From a virus (Duplodnaviria; Caudoviricetes), in IMG/VR virus record IMGVR_UViG_3300031228_000007, positions 1 through 50,785 of that record: 50,785 bases of DNA; one strand, given 5' to 3'. This document shows, piece by piece, positions 24,750-30,672 of this stretch (the first letter of the stretch is position 1; every line of letters begins with the position of its first letter). The notes beneath the pieces are model-generated. The model did no database searches, was not told the DNA's origin, and worked only from the letters and a program-made list of their open reading frames with translations. A program made the translations under genes and the position numbers.

Positions 24750-24983
24750 TCACGTCTCCCCGGAGCGCGGCTCTGAGGGCATCCCCTCGGTCATGTATCG
24801 GACCATCGCCTCGGCCTGCGTCGCGTCGAACAGGTTGGTCCCTGTCGGCTCGTGCTTCATCGGATGGGCGGTATGTTCGTTGTAATCGGGCTCGAAGCTG
24901 ATCCCGGCATCGGGGCAGAAATCGTCGGGGAGCCGCCACCTAAGGAAGCGGTCCACCATGTGCTTGATCTGGTCGTCAGTCAT
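24750..24983 (-). CDS. Hypothetical protein (77 aa) inserted in the lysis cassette
   Basis: MTDDQIKHMVDRFLRWRLPDDF...GTNLFDATQAEAMVRYM; flanked by 16-bp direct repeat. Confidence 0.8.
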   Translation of the reverse strand: MTDDQIKHMVDRFLRWRLPDDFCPDAGISFEPDYNEHTAHPMKHEPTGTNLFDATQAEAMVRYMTEGMPSEPRSGET

Positions 24984-25066
24984 CTCACGTCTCCCAAAGG
25001 ATAGAACCTCACCGCCAGCAGTGCCGCGCAATAGGCGCCGAGCAGGAGAGCGGCGGTGAGCTTCAT
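24980..25066 (-). CDS. 28-aa hydrophobic mini-protein
   Basis: MKLTAALLLGAYCAALLAVRFYPLGDVR; ATGA-coupled on both sides. Confidence 0.5.
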   Translation of the reverse strand: MKLTAALLLGAYCAALLAVRFYPLGDVR

Positions 25067-25158
25067 CGGCCGGGCCCAATGCCGGACTTTAGGGCTGCGA
25101 TAAGCAGCAGCCAGAGGATCACGCCGATAACGAGCATAAGGGCGATTTCACCGGCCAT
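25063..25158 (-). CDS. 31-aa single-TM mini-protein
   Basis: MAGEIALMLVIGVILWLLLIAALKSGIGPGR; GGAGGAG RBS, TGATG-coupled. Confidence 0.6.
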   Translation of the reverse strand: MAGEIALMLVIGVILWLLLIAALKSGIGPGR

Positions 25159-25526
25159 CACTTCTGCTCCTCCGCCTGCGCCGTCTCGCCGGGTGCGAGC
25201 GTGTGATCGGGCGCGCTCCCGCCTGCCTCGGCTGCGGCCTTCACCGCCTCGAAGGCGCGGCCTGTGTTTTCCGTCGCCTGCTCCTCGCGCGCGTCGCTGC
25301 GGAACATGGCGCCGATGATGAGCCCGACCGGCGGGCCGAGCGTCAGCATGGCGTCGCGGATGAGGGCGATGTTGTCCTTCGGCAGCTCGCCCATCGTGAA
25401 CTGCCAGACCATGACGTAATAGCCGACCAGGAACGAGAAGCCGATGAACTGGCGGATGTCGCGCGGGCGGCGAGGGTGCTTGGCCCGGCGCTCGGCCTGG
25501 CGGTCCAGATATTCGAGCAGGGTCAT
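25158..25526 (-). CDS. Putative holin (2 TM)
   Basis: Two hydrophobic helices, charged termini, between endolysin and spanins. Confidence 0.6.
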   Translation of the reverse strand: MTLLEYLDRQAERRAKHPRRPRDIRQFIGFSFLVGYYVMVWQFTMGELPKDNIALIRDAMLTLGPPVGLIIGAMFRSDAREEQATENTGRAFEAVKAAAEAGGSAPDHTLAPGETAQAEEQK

Positions 25527-25873
25527 TCCGCCCACTCCGGTAGCGGCACCGTCTGGCCCGCTAGCTTATGGGTGCAATCGCCCAGAAACTGTATCTGCCC
25601 GTCGCAAACGAACGAGTGGCAGCGCTGCGGCTCAGGCGTGATCTTCTCGCCAGCCATGATGCGCGCGTGCTCAGCGTCGGTGATGGGCCGCGTGCCGGTT
25701 ACGAGGATCGAAGGCGAGAAGGTCGGGTGATCAGGGTTGCCGTTATAGCCCCACCGACCCGCTTCCTTAGGCCCGGTCGAAACGGGAATGGCGTGCGCCT
25801 CATCGCAACCGGGACACCAAAAGGCGACCATGCCGCCTTCGAGCGAGCGAAGAATCGGCGACAGCGCGCTCAT
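25523..25873 (-). CDS. DUF6527-like Cys/His metal-binding protein
   Basis: WCPGC...H; WGYNGNPDHPTFSPSILV; RCHSFV.DGQIQFLGDCTH.LAGQTVPLP. Confidence 0.75.
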   Translation of the reverse strand: MSALSPILRSLEGGMVAFWCPGCDEAHAIPVSTGPKEAGRWGYNGNPDHPTFSPSILVTGTRPITDAEHARIMAGEKITPEPQRCHSFVCDGQIQFLGDCTHKLAGQTVPLPEWAE

Positions 25874-26670
25874 CGCCAGCCCCCCGCCTTCAGCGCCGCC
25901 TGAATCGCCTCCGCCTCGCCAGCGATCTTGTCGGCCTTGTCCATGATGTTGATGATGCGCCGAGCCGGGCGGAACTCGGCGCGGGTCGCCTCGCGGTCGC
26001 GCGGCAGATGGCGAGCGAGCGTGTGGCGGCCCTGCTTGTCGCCTGAAAACCAGCCTTCCTCCATGCCGCGGATCATCGTGTCGGCGGCGATGTCCGGCTC
26101 CAGCATCCGGTCAGGGTTGGCTATCAGCGTCCCGCCGAGCCCGAGCTTCTCATCGGCCTTGCGGTAATTCTCCTCCCACGTCGTCTGCGGGTAGCCGCGC
26201 CCGTACCAGGGGTAATAGCGGAAGTTGCGGCGGCGGTAGGCGTCGCTTACGTCCAGCCCTTCGCGAACCGGCTGCATCCGATGCGCCGTCTCGTGCCATG
26301 CCGTCGCCAGCCCGTAAGCCGCCCAAGCGATCGGCCAGTGCGCCATCTTGGACAGCAGGAACTCGAAGCCCTGTACCTGATCGTCGCTGTTGAGCCGCCC
26401 GAGGCCCTTCCTCAGCTCGGCGAAGAAGGCCGGAGCATCGCTCAAACCGCCCGCATCCGCCGTAGGAGCCTCACCAGCGCCCGAAACAGCATCCGCGCCT
26501 GTCCCGAGCCCTTGGCCCGGTGGCGGGGCTGTGGGGGCTTCCAGCGGCGATTTGCGCGCTCCGAGCAAGTCGAGGTGGCGGTGGAAGCCTTCGCGCAAGG
26601 CGAGGTCGTTCCAGCCGTCCTTGAGGTAGGGGCGGAGGAAAGCGTGGATTGGCGTGCGTGGATCGCTCAT
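25870..26670 (-). CDS. Endolysin, glycoside hydrolase family 19-like
   Basis: AYGLATAWHET..MQPVRE, YGRGYPQTTWEENY, GMEEGWF, ARRIIN. Confidence 0.87.
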   Translation of the reverse strand: MSDPRTPIHAFLRPYLKDGWNDLALREGFHRHLDLLGARKSPLEAPTAPPPGQGLGTGADAVSGAGEAPTADAGGLSDAPAFFAELRKGLGRLNSDDQVQGFEFLLSKMAHWPIAWAAYGLATAWHETAHRMQPVREGLDVSDAYRRRNFRYYPWYGRGYPQTTWEENYRKADEKLGLGGTLIANPDRMLEPDIAADTMIRGMEEGWFSGDKQGRHTLARHLPRDREATRAEFRPARRIINIMDKADKIAGEAEAIQAALKAGGWR

Positions 26671-26936
26671 TGCTCGCCTGCCTGAATGCCGCGGTCTTTC
26701 TCAAGCTGCTCGATCCGGCGCGTTGACCGGGCCGAAGTCTCCGCCGCCTGCGTCGTGCGCGTGTCGAGCAGGCTGGCGACGCTGGACTCGATCCGCACCA
26801 CCCGCTCCCGAACGTCGATGATGGCCGTGGCAAGCCAGACGAAGAAGGCGAGCAGGCTGGCCGTGAAGACGCCGAGCAGCGTGATAAGCGCCTTGGTCGC
26901 AAAGCTCTGCGCGCCGTTACCTGTTCCCGGCATCAT
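26667..26936 (-). CDS. Single-TM coiled-coil protein (holin/antiholin-like)
   Basis: LITLLGVFTASLLAFFVWLA then heptad region; immediately upstream of endolysin. Confidence 0.6.
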   Translation of the reverse strand: MMPGTGNGAQSFATKALITLLGVFTASLLAFFVWLATAIIDVRERVVRIESSVASLLDTRTTQAAETSARSTRRIEQLEKDRGIQAGEQ

Positions 26937-27309
26937 CCCCTCCCTTCTTCCCCCGCTTCTCGGCATCCTGCGCTTCCCGATCGGAGGAAAGCCGCCGCTG
27001 CACCTCCTGGTCGATCATCCCCCAGCCTTCCATGATGGCCTTCAAACCCATGACCTCGCCACGCGCTTCGTCCCGTTCGCGGTGGCACTTCTCGATTTCA
27101 GTCTCGGCCGCATCCAGCCGGGTTTCGAGCGACGTGACGCGCTTGGCGAGCCCGCCTGTCAGCACGGCGCCGGCCTCCGCTTCGTCGCGCTTCGCCTCGT
27201 TGCGGAGCCCCACGTAGAGGTTCCCGCGATAGACGAGGAACAGGAAGGCCAGCAGCAGCAGCCCGCCGACTCCAAGCTGGGGGAGTGCCTGAACGATTCC
27301 ATCAAACAT
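26917..27309 (-). CDS. Single-TM coiled-coil protein (lysis accessory)
   Basis: MFDGIVQALPQLGVGGLLLLAFLFLV then coiled coil, 130 aa. Confidence 0.65.
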   Translation of the reverse strand: MFDGIVQALPQLGVGGLLLLAFLFLVYRGNLYVGLRNEAKRDEAEAGAVLTGGLAKRVTSLETRLDAAETEIEKCHRERDEARGEVMGLKAIMEGWGMIDQEVQRRLSSDREAQDAEKRGKKGGDDAGNR

Positions 27310-27778
27310 GCCCTGCCCTGCCCCACGCCCAGCGATACTCGACACCGGACGAGGGGTTGTCCGGCGAATCGTCGGCCGTCGCCAGCGCATTGGCCTTGCG
27401 CGGATCGAGCCATTGGAAAAACGAATCCGCCCCGGCGAGCGCGAACTGCGCCAGCACGAGGAACCACAGCGCCATCCATTTGTGGAACGCGCCGATTTCC
27501 TGATCGAGATAGTAGAGCCATGCCATCGGGAAGATGAGCATGATCGCCACGTCCCAGCGGGTGGCCTTGTTCGCCCAAGCCTTCGCGCAGACGATCAGCA
27601 TGACGAAGAAGTCGGCGAACCAGTAGTGCATCAGCGGGAGGTTGTCGCCGGTGACGAGCCACAGCACCTCGGCCGACGACCAGCTTATCACCAGCGCGGC
27701 CGCGGTGACGTTCCTCCACGCGGAAGGAACGCCGACCAGCAGCACGACGGCGAGCATGAGGCCCGCTTGCCAGCTCAT
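27302..27778 (-). CDS. Polytopic membrane protein (about 5 TM)
   Basis: 158 aa, Trp-rich, largely hydrophobic. Confidence 0.75.
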   Translation of the reverse strand: MSWQAGLMLAVVLLVGVPSAWRNVTAAALVISWSSAEVLWLVTGDNLPLMHYWFADFFVMLIVCAKAWANKATRWDVAIMLIFPMAWLYYLDQEIGAFHKWMALWFLVLAQFALAGADSFFQWLDPRKANALATADDSPDNPSSGVEYRWAWGRAGHV

Positions 27779-27939
27779 CAGCCGCCGCCAAGGCCGGGGC
27801 CGCTCGGGGGCGGGGGCGGAGGAACTGGTGGATTGCCGGTGCCGCCGCTCGCGGGCTTCACGCCGGGCTTGCCGACCTCCACGCCCTGCTCCCGCAGTTC
27901 CTCAAGCTCTTCCTCGGTGGGCTTGCGTTCGTCGGTCAT
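27778..27939 (-). CDS. 53-aa acidic/Pro-Gly-rich peptide (not in ORF track)
   Basis: AAGGGAGA RBS; MTDERKPTEEELEELREQGVEVGKPGVKPASGGTGNPPVPPPPPPSGPGLGGG; TGATG-coupled to the membrane protein. Confidence 0.7.
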   Translation of the reverse strand: MTDERKPTEEELEELREQGVEVGKPGVKPASGGTGNPPVPPPPPPSGPGLGGG

Positions 27940-27976
27940 GTCATTCTCCCTTCCAATTCGAGTTAGTTTGGTAACA

Positions 27977-30142
27977 TCAGGTCGTCGCCCCCCTCACCAC
28001 GCCGAACCGGATGACGATGGCCTCGCTCAACGAGCCCCCGGTAATGTTGCGGACATAGATGACGGCGCTTCCGGCGGCAGCAGCGGCATTGAGGGTGTAC
28101 GAGCCCAGCGTTCCGCCGGACTGATGCTGAAGCGTGAGAATGTCGTTCGCGCCGATCTGCGTATTGGTGAGCGTGAATGAGACGGTGGTGTCGGCCGCAA
28201 GGGCCGCCGCGTTCAGCGTGATCTCGCCGCACATCTCGTTAAGCTCGACGCCGGTTCCCTTGTCCGTCGCCTGAGTGATCGTGCCTCCGTCGCCGACGTA
28301 GAAGCCGGGGTGGCTCCAGTCGATCCGATTGCGGTTGTATGGATCAGTCGTGTCGTGCGTGCTGGTAGCGGCGGGGCGGAAGGTGTCCGCGACTCCTGCG
28401 GCGGTCCCGAGGAACCTCTCATCGACAACCTCGCCGGAGAAGGAGCCTCCGTAAGTCAGGAAGAAATGGGCCGTGGCCGCTCCACCCTGGTTCGCAGGGA
28501 GGTCGGTTTCGTAGCGATTGCGAGCGAGCCTGCGGGCATCCGTGAACGTAATGACGTTGGCGGCGTGCTGGTCCGTGCCCCCCGCATCGGAATAAGCCTC
28601 CTTCGGAATGAAGAAGTAGTTATCCTCGAACACCGCACTGGTGTTGTCGATATTGACAAGGTTCGCGGTGCTGGCCGCCGTCGCCGTGCAGATGAAGCGG
28701 TTGTCACGAACATCGCAGCGGAGACTGTCGGCGGTGTTCGAGTAGAGCAGCCGGGCAGTTCCTCTAACCTCATTACCCTCGAATATGACGCCAGAGTTCG
28801 CCTTGGTGGCGATCGAGCACCAGTTGTCCTTGAGGTCAAGATAGGAGTTTCTGATGGAGGCCCTTGGAACGCTGAGAATAATCGAGAACTTGCCCGTCTC
28901 CGCGCTGCTGATGACGGTGATTTCGTCGAAGGCAACTGTATCGACCGTGTTTTCCAGGCTGGCCCTGAGATCACCGTTCGAGTTGTTGATGAAGCGACAG
29001 TTATCGAACATTATCTCGCCGGTGTTGCTGTCGGCCGTCCCAGCAAAGAGGCTATGCGTCGGCTCGATGTCGAGCCCCACCTTGGGAGCGTGGCCTAGCG
29101 CGCCACTCTTGCCGTAAGTGCCGGTGAACTGTGCGGTTTCGGAGAAGGAGCAGTTTTTGGCGGAGAACCCACGACAGCCGATGACGACAATAGCGCAACG
29201 GGCGTTATATTCAAAGACAGAGTTTGTTACTGTGACATAGCGGGAGACAGTGGCGGTTGGAGCGCCGTCCAGATTTGCTGCGCGGACTCCGATTCCGTCA
29301 TTGGCGAAGTGGTGAGCGTGGACGTTATCTATCTTGACGTAGTAGCAGCTTCTAAGCCTGATGCCGTCCGTGGTGGCCTCGTTTGAGTCCGAGCTGTTCG
29401 TCATCAACTCGACATTGCCGTCGATCTCTAGGTTCTTGATTTCGACGTGCTGGCAATTCAGGAGGCTCATTCCGCACAGGCCGAAAGTGGTGGAGGCGCC
29501 GCGGTCGAAGTCGCCCTTTACGTCGATCTTCGCGCCGTTGCCCTCTATGACGAGACCAGTGCAGTCGAAAAACTCCATGTCGGTGAAGAGGACGCCGTTC
29601 GGAGTCGCGCCGCCAATGATATACTGGTCGATTAGGTAGATGGCGCCGGGCCTCAACCAGACGGTCCCGCCGCCGTTCGCGCTCACAGCCGCGACCGTCG
29701 CTTTCCATGCCACGTAATCGTCCGTCACGCCGTCGCCGACCGCGCCGTAATCGTCCGGCTTGAACACATCCAGATCTACCAGACCGGGGCCGGTGAACAG
29801 CCAAGTGATCGAGCTGGTGCCGATCGTTATGGGGTTCGCGGTCGTCAGCCGGAAATAGGCGCTGGAGTTGATGACGAAGACGGTGGTCCCCTGAACCGCG
29901 TCGAGCGAGCCGTTGAAGTCCCGAGCCCTGTTCCATGTTCCCGTGGCGGCAACATAAATCCCGTTTTCGCTGGCGGTGGTCTGGTCCTTCACCAGCACCC
30001 GGTCCCCGGCAACGACCGCCACGCCGTTGATCGTCTGCTCGCCCGAAAGAGTGATATTTACCGTCGTGACCACGCGCACGGGAGCCTTCACGGCGACCGA
30101 GGTCGTGAGGCCTTCTAGACGGGAGGTGGACGTTGATGGCAT
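27977..30142 (-). CDS. Tailspike/receptor-binding protein with right-handed beta-helix (putative depolymerase)
   Basis: N-terminal anchor GDRVLVKDQTTASENGIY; DDYGAVGDGVTDD pectate-lyase-3-like motif; Asn-rich beta-helix rungs. Confidence 0.87.
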   Translation of the reverse strand: MPSTSTSRLEGLTTSVAVKAPVRVVTTVNITLSGEQTINGVAVVAGDRVLVKDQTTASENGIYVAATGTWNRARDFNGSLDAVQGTTVFVINSSAYFRLTTANPITIGTSSITWLFTGPGLVDLDVFKPDDYGAVGDGVTDDYVAWKATVAAVSANGGGTVWLRPGAIYLIDQYIIGGATPNGVLFTDMEFFDCTGLVIEGNGAKIDVKGDFDRGASTTFGLCGMSLLNCQHVEIKNLEIDGNVELMTNSSDSNEATTDGIRLRSCYYVKIDNVHAHHFANDGIGVRAANLDGAPTATVSRYVTVTNSVFEYNARCAIVVIGCRGFSAKNCSFSETAQFTGTYGKSGALGHAPKVGLDIEPTHSLFAGTADSNTGEIMFDNCRFINNSNGDLRASLENTVDTVAFDEITVISSAETGKFSIILSVPRASIRNSYLDLKDNWCSIATKANSGVIFEGNEVRGTARLLYSNTADSLRCDVRDNRFICTATAASTANLVNIDNTSAVFEDNYFFIPKEAYSDAGGTDQHAANVITFTDARRLARNRYETDLPANQGGAATAHFFLTYGGSFSGEVVDERFLGTAAGVADTFRPAATSTHDTTDPYNRNRIDWSHPGFYVGDGGTITQATDKGTGVELNEMCGEITLNAAALAADTTVSFTLTNTQIGANDILTLQHQSGGTLGSYTLNAAAAAGSAVIYVRNITGGSLSEAIVIRFGVVRGATT

Positions 30143-30182
30143 AATGCTCTCCGAAAGGACGCGCGATGCGGTGGGCTAGCAG

Positions 30183-30344
30183 ATGAGGATTTGGGTGGCG
30201 GTCTTGTTGTTGGCAGGCTGTTCTCAACCCGCCCCGAGACCGGTGACAGCAGAGTCGAACAAGATTATGGAAGACCGGCCACCGCTCGATTTTGCCGAGC
30301 CGGTTAACGACACGGCTGGGCTGGAACCGTGGTCGAGAGACTGA
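30183..30344 (+). CDS. 53-aa lipoprotein carrying a copy of the N-terminal peptide of ejection protein 33136-36003 (candidate superinfection exclusion)
   Basis: MRIWVAVLLLAGC lipobox (Cys13); residues 32-52 RPPLDFAEPVNDTAGLEPWSR vs RPPIDFAEPVEDVQGIEPWQR. Confidence 0.85.
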   Translation: MRIWVAVLLLAGCSQPAPRPVTAESNKIMEDRPPLDFAEPVNDTAGLEPWSRD

Positions 30345-30381
30345 CTTTCAATTTCTTTCGTTCTCGCGTATCGGCGCGTCG

Positions 30382-30672
30382 ATGAAGCCGCACATCCGGC
30401 TATCTCTCAATCAGCGGGACAGCCTGCTTGTTCTGCTCGTCCTCTTCTGGGCGCCGTTCTGGCTTGGCCTTGGGGTCATTGTTTCCGAGAACTGGTCCGT
30501 GTGGGTCTCAATCTTCATGGTCGGCGGCGGCATCGCGGCAGGCGCCTGCTGGATATTTTCCCAGATATACCGAGCAACCAATCGCTATGAACGAGCCACC
30601 CTCGGTTTCGCGCTGGGCGTGATCGTCCTTCTGTCGCTGGCGTTTACTCAGGGGCTCCCGCCAGAATATTAG
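30382..30672 (+). CDS. 3-TM inner membrane protein (candidate superinfection exclusion)
   Basis: 96 aa, three hydrophobic helices; antisense to late operon; TTTCAA-17-TATCGG-7-ATG suggests a leaderless promoter. Confidence 0.75.
   Translation: MKPHIRLSLNQRDSLLVLLVLFWAPFWLGLGVIVSENWSVWVSIFMVGGGIAAGACWIFSQIYRATNRYERATLGFALGVIVLLSLAFTQGLPPEY

Noticed and set aside
30490-30545. FMVGGG in the 3-TM protein vs MVMGGG in ejection protein 30644-33139 as a second mimicry
   Set aside because: Too short and low-complexity to distinguish from chance among hydrophobic segments.
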